A stretch of DNA of 64,000 bases from Eledone cirrhosa (Eukaryota), in contig OZ024741.1 in assembly GCA_964016885.1 (NCBI GenBank), positions 14,446,001-14,510,000 of the forward strand. Reading direction: 5' to 3'. Positions 1 to 11,900 of the stretch are shown here, piece by piece. The notes below the pieces were generated by a model. That model was not told the DNA's origin. It did no database searches and saw only the letters and a program-made list of their open reading frames with translations. The position numbers and the translations under genes are program-made. Each line of letters starts with the position of its first letter. Position 1 is the first letter of the stretch.

Positions 1-200
1 AATCATGGTATGAGTAAGTTATGCCTAGAAGGAAAGTTAGCCGGAAAAGAGAAGCAGAGGTCGGGAGCCAAAATGCTGACTTGCTAATGTCAACTTATGG
101 ACTGAATTTGACCTTTGCTCTATAAACTCTGCAGATAGTGATCGAACTTTGTGGAGATGAATATCTCATGTTGATGCAGTGTCTGCAAGATGTGGAGTGA
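1..200 (+). mobile_element. Degenerate 3' fragment of an RTE-like LINE
   Basis: Conceptual translation LCLEGKLAGK-RSRGR...DRTLWR resembles the LEGKxxGKRxRGRP...DRxxWR C-terminus of RTE ORFs. Frameshifts and stops are present. Confidence 0.45.
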
Positions 201-481
201 GCGTCTAGGAAGAATATACCTGGGTGACAGGATATATGAGATTTGCGTTTTAAGAAATTAATGGTTTGCATAAAAGAAACCCTATAGCTTTTGTTGATCA
301 TTGACATGTAGAAGTTGTAAAAAATAAAAATGATATTTTTAATAATTTATATCCGAGATATTAATTACGCAAATGTCCAGTCTATATCTAAGTACAGATG
401 TAGGATTGAATAGTTGGGAAACTTTGGAGAGATTATGTCTAAGTATAAATATATACTGACGGAATTACTGATGGAATTAAT

Positions 482-622
<141 letters not shown>

Positions 623-624
623 AG

Positions 625-1545
625 TTAAATAAGATAAAAGGACGATTGGTTACTCCTTCATTACGTTTATTGGTTGGTTACGTTTATTGGTTTCGCCACT
701 GATCAGCTCAAGGTTCGTTCTGTATCGATCTGACCTGACTCTGTAATCCGCGGCTCGTCAGACCCCGTGTAATGTTAATGGAAGAATGAATACATGTATG
801 CTTAAGTCAGAAGTTACAATGGTGGTCAGTAAAGTTTATTTTGATTGGTGGATGAGTTCATAGGGATGTTTTTGCCCGTAGTGTATGTGGGGGTGGGGGT
901 GGGGGTGATGGTTGCGACATAATATTTGCAGGGTAAATTTTACGGTGGATTAAGATTAAAAAGTGGCATAGGGAATATGGGGTACTGGACTGAGGGGTGG
1001 TGGACGTATGGTGATGTGTTTGGTGGTGGTGGTGGTGGGGATGATTTGTTCGACATCATAGTTACAGGGTCGGATTTTAGCATGGGTTTACAAGTTAAAA
1101 CCTGACAGAGAAGACACATAGAACACAATAGTATTGAGAGGAGGGATGTATAGCGAAGTGTTTGTTGGTGGGGGTGAATGGTGCAACATGATATTTACAA
1201 GATATGATCTTACCATGGGTTACATGTGATAGAAGACAAATGTATTGAGATGAAGGACCGTGTGGAAAAGCAAAGTTGGTTATCCCTATGTTGGGTCAGG
1301 GTTAGTGTTTGGCCCTCGGCCGAATGTTTGTGCAGAGAGGGTGGTCATTCTGGTGTGTCTGCAGTTTACATTAACATCCGATCTTGAGTTTATGGCCGAT
1401 TTCAATTTAATGATCTCAGCCGCTTCGGCCAGGCATAATCTACAGTGGGTTTTGTCGTTGGGGAGATGTGCCACACGTCTTTTCATCTGGAATCCCAAGT
1501 TCTTGTCTTTGAGGTTCTATAAACCGGTAATAGACAATTATTAAA
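625..1545 (-). mobile_element. 5'-truncated Penelope-like element: C-terminal end of GIY-YIG endonuclease plus 3' pseudo-LTR
   Basis: ORF 1286..1498 contains CRLCLAEAAEII...INSRSDVNVNCRH, parallel to CDLCITEAYYI...INDRTEVTISCQH of the PLE at 57.6-57.7 kb. A CTGACGA...GAAAC motif lies on the minus strand at about 690-771. Confidence 0.65.
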
Positions 1546-1725
1546 TATATAAATAAATAAATAAATGCCATTGTTAATTAATAAATAAATCAACTAATAC
1601 TTTAACACTTCACACAAAGTAAAATATTTCGTTTTAATCATTTTCTAACACAGAAAAAAGAGAGAGAAAATAAAAAAGGAAAAAAAATATATTTTTCTTC
1701 CTAATAATCGTCTTTTTCTCCCTGT

Positions 1726-1764
<39 letters not shown>

Positions 1765-1777
1765 TCGACATTCGCTA

Positions 1778-1830
1778 TGCTCCGATGATTCCAGACTTCC
1801 CTCTGGAAGAAGCAATTGTCAGCAAATAAA
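1778..1830 (+). ncRNA. Decayed minimal type-I hammerhead-like motif followed by AATAAA (PLE pseudo-LTR relic)
   Basis: tgct-CCGATGA-ttccaga(cttccc)tctggaa-GAAGC-aatt-GTC-agca-AATAAA. Stems are intact; there are two core substitutions. Confidence 0.55.
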
Positions 1831-1993
1831 TGTTCTAAACTAAAATTTGATCGTTTTAACACTTTGTATCTCGGCTCTGTAAAACACGAGAATTGGCATT
1901 GAGCTTTTTGTCATACCGGTAACCGGCTAGGACTTAGTACTACCCTACATATTTATAGTTATATCAAGCATATATAAATATAAATATCCTTAT

Positions 1994-2029
<36 letters not shown>

Positions 2030-2260
2030 AGGAGGTTATAGTTCACTTGAAGCATTGTGTAATGAGGTATAAACGTTTGAATATGTGTAATAAAGCCAAA
2101 ACAATGCAGATATGGACATAGAAAACAGAATGCAATTGTAAAAGATGTTGTTGATAATTCGTCCTTTACCTTGAATTTATTAATTTATATATATATATAT
2201 GTATAATTATTAATTTATATATATATATGTGTGTGTGTGTGTGTACATACACACACACAT

Positions 2261-2323
<63 letters not shown>

Positions 2324-2422
2324 AAAATGGAATGGGAACAAAACAGAGAGGCAGTACGAACAAAGGTTTATTAGTTTCACGCTCTTGAGAGTGGAGGGGG
2401 GACGACATATATATATATATAT

Positions 2423-3037
2423 ATATATGTGAAAAACAAGGGGAGAAGAATACTGCATGGTTGCACATGGATTACATATTATAAAATTAGTCCCTCATCA
2501 GTGATTTGCCAACCATCATTGGTATTTCATCGCATTAAAAATCATATACCTCAGGTTGGTGCGAGCAATAACTAAAATAAGCTATTGGGACAAGTGAAAC
2601 GCGTAAAGCGAGTGAGACAAGTAAACAACAGAAGGAAAAGCAAACCGAAGGTTGGGAAAACAGCAAGCAACATGATAGTTATCCGATCAGCATAAACTGG
2701 GTGAATTTCATGACCGGTCAGAGAAGCAGACCGTACGCCGTGAATGCGGTGTGAGAAAGAAGGAACCCCACTACTAGCGAACGGGAGGAAGTGAGAAGGG
2801 GAGAAACAGAGAGTGAGTGAGTGAAAGTACGAGGAAGAGGTCAGTCGAGAGAAAGTGTTAACTGACAGAGGGGACGAAAGAAGGTAAGAGAAACAGAGAG
2901 AACGGGGGAGCAGTAAGAGAGAAAGAGAGAAACAGATAATCGCAGTTTAGGTAAATATATGTGAAAAACAAGGGGAAAAGAATACTGCATGGTTGCACAT
3001 GGATTACATATTATAAAATTAGTCCCTCATCAGTGAT
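2423..3037. repeat. Pair of ~83-bp direct repeats (2423-2505, 2955-3037) flanking a purine-rich interior; probable non-autonomous PLE-related element
   Basis: atatatgtgaaaaacaagggg...gtccctcatcagtgat occurs twice with one mismatch, bounded by (TA)n. The minus strand carries CTGATGA. Confidence 0.7.
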
Positions 3038-3063
3038 ATATATATATAGAGAGAGAGAGAGGG

Positions 3064-3129
<66 letters not shown>

Positions 3130-3132
<3 letters not shown>

Positions 3133-3228
3133 GAATTAGCTGTTGAAACGCCAAGAGCTCAGCTGTCGAACCCCGATTCTTTCTAATATAGTCATACGCT
3201 ACTATTCCAAGTATTGAGTACTCTGTTG
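3130..3228 (+). mobile_element. Degenerate half copy of the fold-back element family found at 28.4 kb and 39.7-40.4 kb
   Basis: gaattagctgttgaaacgccaagagctcagctgtcg...aagtattgagtactctg matches gaattagccgtcgaaacggcttgagctcagccgtcg...aagtattgagtactttg. Confidence 0.6.
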
Positions 3229-3253
3229 AATAATTGTCTAACCAGTTTAAAGC

Positions 3254-3254
<1 letters not shown>

Positions 3255-3306
<52 letters not shown>

Positions 3307-3328
3307 ATGGTGTTGGTGTTGGTGGTAC

Positions 3329-3417
<89 letters not shown>

Positions 3418-3419
3418 GC

Positions 3420-3473
<54 letters not shown>

Positions 3474-3477
3474 GGTG

Positions 3478-3526
<49 letters not shown>

Positions 3527-3583
3527 CAGTAGTAGTAGTAGTAGTAGTAGCAGCAGTAGTAGTAGTAGTAGTAGTAGTAGTAG
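3255..3583. repeat. (GTA)n/(GTG)n trinucleotide microsatellite
   Basis: Visible directly; explains the poly-Val and poly-Ser ORFs. Confidence 0.95.
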
Positions 3584-3864
3584 TTTTTCCTGTTTAGTGA
3601 AGACAGAAATATCTGCCTCCGGCAGTTCTTTCCGTTCTCCGAGATTTGCAGTAATAACGAAAGAATTTACGCTGAAAGCAGTGGAGCCGACTATATTTAA
3701 CTACAGACCCCGGGGGGTGATGTGGTGGGGTTAAACTGGGTGACACCACCCAAGTAGAAGACACAGCAATTTGAACTCACATCACTAAGAACCGGAATAA
3801 GTACCACAAGGTATTTTGTTATTGCGATGGTCGTAATGGTAGTAGACATTACTAGTAGTAGTAA

Positions 3865-3971
3865 TAATTGTTTCTACATTTGGCACAAGGCCAGCAATTA
3901 CCCAGTACATTACTGGTACTTTATTTTATCGACCCCATAAGGAGGAAAGGCAAAGTTAACCTCGGCGGAAT
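3865..3971 (-). mobile_element. SINE 3' fragment (tRNA-derived family, here called SINE-A)
   Basis: ttgtttctacatttggcacaaggccagcaatta...aggcaaagttaacctcggcggaat is the reverse complement of the SINE-A 3' half. Confidence 0.8.
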
Positions 3972-3989
3972 GGTTGATACACAGGGTCA

Positions 3990-4970
3990 GGGTGGTGGTG
4001 GTGGTGGTTGTATTGGTGGTAGTGGTAAAGGTAGTGGTGATGGTGGAGTTGGTGATGTTGGTAGTAGTGGTGGTGGTGGTTATGTTGGTGGTGTTAGTAG
4101 TGGTAGTGCTGGTTGAAGTTGGTAGTAGTAGTGGTCCTATTAGTGGTGGTAGTAGTGGTGGTGGTTGTAGTGGTAGTAGTGGTGCTAGTAGTGGTTGTGG
4201 TTGTAGTGGTAGTAGTGGTGCTAGTAGTAGTGGTTGTGGTTGTAGTGGTAGTAGTGGTGCTAGTAGTAGTGGTTGTGGTTGTAGTGGTAGTAGTGGTGCT
4301 AGTAGTAATGGTTGTTGTTGTAGTGGTAGGGTGCAAGTAGTAATGGTTGTGGTTGTAGTGGTAGTAGTGGTGGTGGTTGTTGTTGTAGTGGTAGTAGTGG
4401 TGCTAGTAGTAATGGTTGTTGTTGTAGTGGTAGTAGTGGTGCTAGTAGTAGTGGTTGTGGTTGTAGTGGTAGTAGTGGTGCTAGTAGTAATGGTTGTTGT
4501 TGTAGTGGTAGTAGTGGTGGTGGTTGTTGTTGTAGTGGTAGTAGTGGTGGTGGTTGTTGTTGTAGTGGTAGTAGTGGTGGTGGTTGTTGTTGTAGTGGTA
4601 GTAGTGGTGCTAGTAGTAATGGTTGTTGTTGTAGTGGTAGTAGTGGTGGTGGTTGTTGTTGTAGTGGTAGTAGTGGTGGTGGTTGTTGTTGTAGTGGTAG
4701 TAGTGGTGGTGGTTGTTGTTGTAGTGGTAGTAGTGGTGCTAGTAGTAATGGTTGTTGTTGTAGTGGTAGTAGTGGTGCTAGTAGTAGTGGTTGTGGTATT
4801 AGTGGTGCTAGTAGTAATGGTTGTTGTTGTAGTGGTAGTAGTGGTGGTGGTTGTGGTTGTTGTTGTAGTGGTAGTAGTGGTGCTAGTAGTGGTTGTTGTT
4901 GTAGTGGTAGTAGTGGTGCTAGTAGTAATGGTTGTGGTAGTAGTGGTGCTAGTAGTAATGGTTGTTGTAA
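3990..4970. repeat. Complex GTA/GTG/GTT low-complexity array with ~30-39-bp higher-order units
   Basis: Recurrent gtagtggtagtagtggtgctagtagtaatggttgttgtt-type units. Confidence 0.9.
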
Positions 4971-5222
4971 TCTATGATCGCTCATAAAAAACATTTTCTT
5001 AACCTGCTAAAAGTTGTCAGTCAAATGTACATCTCACTTTTCACACGCACACCCACAGACACACACACAAACATACACACATACACATACACACACACAT
5101 ACACACACACATACACACACACAAACATACACACATAGACCCAAAGACCCAGAGATACTGACACACACACGCGCATTAAACACACATCCACGCACACATA
5201 TTCATACAAGGAATTCTTCCTC

Positions 5223-5262
<40 letters not shown>

Positions 5263-5374
5263 TTGTATATAAACACTCTTGTTCACATACATACACCTTC
5301 ATACAAGCACGCCAGTGAGGAACAAACAACACATGCTAATATACACGACCACAGGCCAGTATGTGTGTGTGTTA

Positions 5375-5451
<77 letters not shown>

Positions 5452-5778
5452 CATGTTACTAAGTGTTGGGTGCAATTCAAGTATACACATGCGATGTCGC
5501 CTTGTTTACGTTTCTGTGTGTAACAAGAGCAAAGAGGTGCTGGCCAACGAAGCGTGGCTTTTATTGGTTCCTTGGGAAATGATGTCACGCGTCAAGTTCT
5601 CCTATTGCGTCTAGACTGGATAAACGGAGCACGTGGCTACTCCTGTGTCGTCACATGACTGTATCATGCTAGCTTCCATAATAAGGTAATTGTCGAAGCT
5701 GTTAACAGTTTAGACGCAGTGGGAACACACTTGCCCTTTTAATTTGTTTCGAATAAGAAAAAATAATTTAAACAATAA

Positions 5779-6035
5779 TAATTGTTTCTACTTTTGGCAC
5801 AAGGCCAGCAATTTAAAGAGAAGGGGAAAGTAGATTAAATCGAACCCAGTGCATTACTAGTACTTTTTTTTTATCAACCATGCAAGGATGAAAGGCAAAG
5901 CTAACCTTGGCCGAATTTGAACTCAGAACGTACAAAGTTGTAATAAAATACTTGTTTCTACTTTAGGCACAAGGCCAGCAATTACCCAGTGCATTACAAA
6001 ATACTGCAAAGCTTTCTGTCCGAAGTTTTTCCGAT
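5779..6035 (-). mobile_element. Two nested or adjacent SINE-A-related fragments
   Basis: The ttgtttctact..ggcacaaggccagcaatt tail occurs twice (about 5782 and 5952); B-box complement gaatttgaactc at about 5913. Confidence 0.75.
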
Positions 6036-6063
6036 ACTATTACTACTACTACTACTACTACTT

Positions 6064-6114
<51 letters not shown>

Positions 6115-6399
6115 TACTACTACTACTACTACAGATGTAAACGGAGAATAAATCTGTTCATTTAGGCCAAAAATTCTCAAACATTTTGGGCCACTGCCAC
6201 CTCACGGCCACGTAGTACACTCAGCACCCCACCCCACCCCCATTTCCAGAGAGACCTACCTACACGCAAATTGTAAATAATATATAATAAATAAAATCGT
6301 TAATTTATATATAATAAATAATATAATATATATTATATATAAATAAATATTATATATTTTATATTTTACTATATTTATATATATAATATGTATTATTTG

Positions 6400-6562
6400 A
6401 GGGCGGTGGATTGGCGGTTTCGGTAGAGGGTCGGACGTCATGCTTTGCAGCATAGAGTTAAAGCCGAAATCAACTTTGCCTTCTATCCTTACGAGGTCGA
6501 TAAAATAAAGTACCAGTAATGTACTGGTTAATTTGCTGGCATTGTGCCAAATGTAGAAAGAA
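6400..6562 (+). mobile_element. SINE-A copy with internal deletion
   Basis: gggcggtggattggc...gagggtcggacg...ctttgccttctatccttacgaggtcgataaaataaagtacc...gtagaaag. Confidence 0.8.
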
Positions 6563-7119
6563 TTCTTTGATATTTAATATACTATTATATCATCTTTACC
6601 AACCCGAACCACCTCCTTAGGCCCTAGCTCCCCCTTGGACTTTCTCAACATCCCCCTGGTGGGGGAGGGGGCGTCCTCTTTCAGAACTTCTGATTTAGAC
6701 TATGTATGTCACTCTCACTTACTTTACAATATAGTCACTAGAGGGCAGCACTTCAACCTGTTTTCTCTTCAAGAGGTACTTGAAAAAGTCGGTGAGTGTT
6801 TGACTGATTCCTAAAGTCTCTGTCCCTAGAGCTTTACATCTTGTCCAGCACACTTCCTCTTTCACCATAACTTCAAGACTGGGGAAAACAGCCTACCCTG
6901 CCAGGTAGGTCAACGGAAGGATCCTGAGGATAGTGTAACTCAGATCTCTCCTAAAATCTGTTCGACATAACTCCATGAGTTATCGCTGGTGGAACATTGA
7001 ATGAAATATTTGTAGAACTGGAAGTTATGCTTATGAAAGTGGCCACACTGTGTGATATGTCAATAGACAAAGGCAGGCCGATCAAAGCCAACCGACTGGA
7101 TATTATATATTATAGTCGA

Positions 7120-7291
7120 TGAATAGGCAGTATCGGTAGAGGGTCGGACACCATGCTTTGACGCCTTTGTTATTCTGAGTTCAAATCCCGCCGAGGTAAC
7201 TTTGCCTTTCATCCTTACACGGTCGATAAAATAAAGTACCAGTAATACACTGGTATAATTGCTGGCCTTGTGCCAAAAGAAGAAACAATTA
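7120..7291 (+). mobile_element. SINE-A copy
   Basis: A-box-like ggcagtatcgg, B-box gagttcaaatcc, core gcctttcatcctta..ggtcgataaaataaagtacc, tail ggccttgtgccaaaagaagaaacaatt. Confidence 0.85.
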
Positions 7292-7304
7292 TATATCAAT
7301 ATAT

Positions 7305-7620
7305 ATTATAGTCAAAGTCCACAAATAAAAATGTTTTCTAATTGACATATCAATCCCCACAGACGACAATATATCTATCAAAGAAATTGAGAAATTATCC
7401 AAATCTAAAGATCTGGAGTTAGAAATAACCCGAACGTGGATGATGAAGACAGAAACAGTCTCTATAATAATAGGTCCTCTGGGAATGATAAAAGAACACA
7501 CAGTTAGCGTGACATAACCGAGACCCCAGGATTTACAACTATACAGAACAGAGAACACTATTAGACGGTGTGTATTAGTAAGAGTATTATCAATACAAGA
7601 CAATATAACAACTAAAGCCA
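7305..7620 (+). mobile_element. Old R4/Dong-type fragment (restriction-like endonuclease C-terminus)
   Basis: Translation CFLIDISIPTDDNISIKEIEKLSKSKDLELEITRTWMMKTETVSIIIGPLGMI aligns with CLLIDMSVPIDKNVSIKTFEKLSKYKDLEIEIGKMWKFRTKTIPVVVGALGMI at 24.4-24.6 kb. Confidence 0.8.
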
Positions 7621-7763
7621 CACTATACGTACCAAACACACACGGCCGGATTTACACTCAGAACGTAAAGGGATGTAACTTTATGACGAAAAGCATTTTG
7701 TCTGACGCTCTACCGATACTACCAAGTGTTACGTATAGGAACTCCATCGTTGTTTCCCATAGG

Positions 7764-7907
7764 CGATGATGATAGTGATAATGATGGTGATGATGATGAT
7801 GATGATGATGATGATGGTGATGATGGTGAGGAAGATGATGATGATGATGATGATTGTGATGATGATGATGGTGATGATGGTGACAGTGAGGAAGATGATG
7901 ATGATGG

Positions 7908-7939
<32 letters not shown>

Positions 7940-8202
7940 GTGAGGAAGATGATGATGATGGCGATGATGATGATGAGAAAGATGGTGATGATGATGATGA
8001 TGATGATGATGGTAATGATGATGATGGTGATGATGGTGACAGTGAGGAAGATGATGATGATGGTGATGATGATGATGATGGTGAGGAAGATGGTGATGAT
8101 GAGGAAGATGGTGATGATGATGATGGTAATGATGATGATGATGATGATGATGGCGATGGTGAGGAAGATGTTGACGATAATGATGATGATGATGATGATG
8201 AT
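7764..8202. repeat. (GAT)n-based microsatellite with higher-order variants
   Basis: Visible directly. Confidence 0.95.
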
Positions 8203-8484
8203 ATACATATGTTACTATACCCTATCTGAGTGACACCACCATCACCATACCCCCCACCGCCACCACCACCACCAAGACGCCACTCACCAGCTACCATCTA
8301 GTTACCATTGACAACGTTGAAGGTTTACCCCAATCACACCCAGCTGGTAGCCCACCCTTTAACCTGACCACCTTAACGGTTACCATGACACCTGGCATCA
8401 TTTATTAAATATTGCCTACAGACGCCATCTTTGATTTACAGTTGCTATGGTTTCACCATCTACTGGATTTGGATCTTGACTTTT

Positions 8485-8630
8485 GTTATTGTTGTTGTGA
8501 TTGTTGTTGTATTTATTATAACTATTGTTGTTGTTGTTGTATTTATTATAACTATTGTTGTTGTTGTTGTATTTATTATAACTATTGTTGTTGTTGTTGT
8601 ATTTATTATAACTATTGTTGTTATTGTTAT
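8485..8630. repeat. 30-bp tandem repeat (gtatttattataactattgttgttgttgtt) x~4
   Basis: Visible directly. Confidence 0.9.
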
Positions 8631-8633
8631 CCG

Positions 8634-8691
<58 letters not shown>

Positions 8692-8953
8692 TTTCTTTAT
8701 TAACCACAAGGGTTTACATAAAGTAGACATTAAGGACAGTGCAGGACAATGCAGGACGGTACAAATGGGCATTTCTGCGTGTAAAAAAAAACAAAAACAG
8801 AGGATGTAACAAAAATAACAATGAAAATAACAATGAAAAATTCCCCAATAGGGGGGAGACTTCGGAGGGACATTTGTGGAGAAAGCCCAGTAAAAAGCCA
8901 CAATGACCCTGACCACCAAGGCAAGTGCCCTCTCCCAGTTTTCCACCTTTAGT

Positions 8954-11900
8954 TTACAGATATATACTCAGAGTCGGCCCATTCACTCGGGCCATTCTTG
9001 CTTCTCTCACCCATCTTTCAACAAAATGCTGGGAAGAGAGCACTTCCTTCTCTACTCTGATTTTCCTTTTCAAATGAAATTTGAAAAAGTCAATCAGAGC
9101 ATCACCGAAGAGGTAAGTGCTCGTCTTCAGCCCTTTCAAACGTGTCCACCATACTATCTCTTTCGCCATGGCCACCAGACAGATAAAAACTGCCTGCCCT
9201 TCCCGGCTAAAGGAGGAGGGCGGGGCAATCCTCACGATAGACTCAGATGATAGCTGGATCCGTCCTAAACGCGACAGCAGGTGTTCGACATAAACCCACA
9301 AGTCAGCAATTTTCGGACACTGGACGAGTGCGTGCAGGACGGTTTCGTCGCCCTGCGCGCATCTCGGACATGCCCGGCTGACGGCACCTCCATGCCTGTA
9401 GAGTTTATCCCGAACTGGCAAGGCTCCTCGGTAGCACTGCCAGGCCAGAGATTTCTGGAAGTTGTCCATAGGCCCTGGCCCGAAAGTTCTTCCGAAGAGA
9501 TTGGCTAGTTGATTTTCGTCGACGCCTAGAGTTTCCCCAAGTACGTCGTCGCTCTTCCCCTCCACTAATCCTCTATAGAACGCCGAGGTGGAGTTTCCAC
9601 CGATCACATTGCCCGATTGGTCGAGGGCTGTGAGCGCCTGAAGACATTCCAGTCTCCAGGCGCTCCCTCTCGGTCTTCGCTTGACCCAGGACTGCAGCTC
9701 CGTCAAGGAAACGAGCTGGGGAAAAACGCGTCTAGCAAACGGCGACCACACCTGATCACCGTCGAGGAAGAGGTGGAGATGTCGTAGCCTGAGCGCGTGC
9801 CTGCGCATCATCAGCCACGGCATGCCCAGCCCTCCACGTAGCGGGTGTTGACAACAGATGGACCGCCTGACCATCGGAGCACGTCCCTTCCACAAAAAGC
9901 GAAAGAGCAAACGCTCCAGCGCAGTCAGGCGAGGCTTAGGACAAGGTACGACGGTTAGGCGGTAGCAGATGACAGACGCGATGTACGCGTTAGCCACCTC
10001 CGCTCGACCTTTCAGGGATAGCTTCCTCTCCGCCCATTTCTGGGTGAGAGAAGCCACCCTGCTCGTCACCTCGTCCCAGTTTTTGTCCGTCTGGAGGTCC
10101 GGACCGAACCAGACCCCTAGCAATTTAACCGGTCCGTCCGTCCAGCGCCCGACGACGCTGTTGGACGGCATGGACCTGCCTCTCCAGGTGCCGAGCTGCA
10201 GGCCCACTGACTTTTCCTGGTTGATCATTGCTCCTGTCACCGCTTCGTATTCTCTTAGTGTAGTGCCGATCGCCTCGATGTGTTTGGCGTTCGACACCAC
10301 TACGGTGACATCGTCCGCATATGCTGACACGGATCTTCCGCATCCTAGTTCGCGCGGGACTCCCCTCAACGTCTCCAGTTTGTGCAGTAATGGCTCGAGA
10401 GTCAATACGTACAAGAGGGACGAGAGGGGACATCCTTGGCGGACCGAGCGCATGATGTTGAACGGTTCCGACAGGTGACCGTTCACTCTCACCACAGAGC
10501 AGATGTCGCTGTGCATGGCAGCGATCCAGCCTCTGAAGACGGGCCCAAAGCCAGCCGCCCTCAGGACTGCCGCTAGGTAACGATGGTCGACCCTATCGAA
10601 AGCTTTCGACTGATCTAAATTGATCAAGGACCCACCCGTGCCAGGTTCCCTAGCTACCCTCTCTACGATGTATCGCATGAGGTGGAGGTTGTCGTGGATG
10701 GATCTGTCGGGAATGGCGCATGTCTGCGCCTCTCCCACCAGACCACCAACGACAAGCGCCAACCTCTTTGCTAGCACCTTGGCCAAAATCTTAAACTCTG
10801 TGTTTAGCAGAGTTATGGGCCGGAAATTGTCTATGTTATCCCCCTTGTTCGGATCCTTTCTCAGCAGTGCCACCGCTCCTCGGCTCACAGAACTGGGAAT
10901 TCTCCCGTTCTGTTGCCAGTTGCAGTAGACGTCCGCCAAGAGGCCTCCGAACAAGTCTGGCATCTGTACGTAAAGTTCATAGGGCAGACCATCCAAACCA
11001 GGCGATTTACCCCTTGTGCAGCCAGTCATTGCCTCCCGTACTTCAGCGGCTGTTATCGGCTTTTCGCAACACTTCGCCTCAGTGGCCGAGAGCCGCGGCA
11101 GTCCGTCGAGGTAGACACTAAAGTCCATCCCTCTACCCGGCCCCCCGCTGCCCCCGAACAGCTGAGCGAAGTGTCGCTGAAAAGCTTCACACATTTGCCC
11201 GGGATCGAGTAGCATGCGCCCGTCGTGGTCCACCAAAGACCGGATCGTGGCTTTGTTGCCACGACGCGCCTCCGCCACTCGGGCCCATTGAACGGCTTTC
11301 GTCCCCTCGTGTCTGAGAGCACGCACCCTAGCTCTGACAACGCAGCCTTCGTGCTTTGCATTGAAGAATTGGTCAAGGGCCAATTTCGCCGCAAGCACGT
11401 CGGTCGCAATGCCTTTGCTAAGCGCCTCGTCTAATTTTCTAACTAGTTCTCCCTCTGCTCTATTTTTCTCTATTGCTAAAGCCTTACTAAACCTAATCGA
11501 TTCTATTCTAATCGCTCTTTTCAGAGCAAACCACCACTTGTTGTTGACGATGGCCCCCGTCAACGCCCGCTTAACTAGTTCGCTAATCCGGTCTCTGTAG
11601 GCCTTGCGCGCTGGTAAGGACGCGTTTAGCTTCCAGTAGCCGGGTCCTCGTCTATGAAGCCTATCTAAGTCAAGCACACAGATCACGAATTTGTGGTCCG
11701 TGTAGCTGACTATCTTGAATTGTGGACAGCCTATGCTAGACCTATCTATTTCCCTACAAAATACTCTATCTAGATATGATCTGGATGACCCTATGCGGTT
11801 TGTCCAAGTCCACATTGGCACATTCGGGAAATCCAATCGGTACCTGTCAGACAGTTCAAAACGCCTGAGCAGGTTGGTGAGGCTCTTGCACCCTCCACCC

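Noticed and set aside
3214-8297. Long poly-Val/Ser/Asp/Ile ORFs here and similar HT/YI/CV ORFs across the window
   Set aside because: Translations of microsatellites with no domain content.
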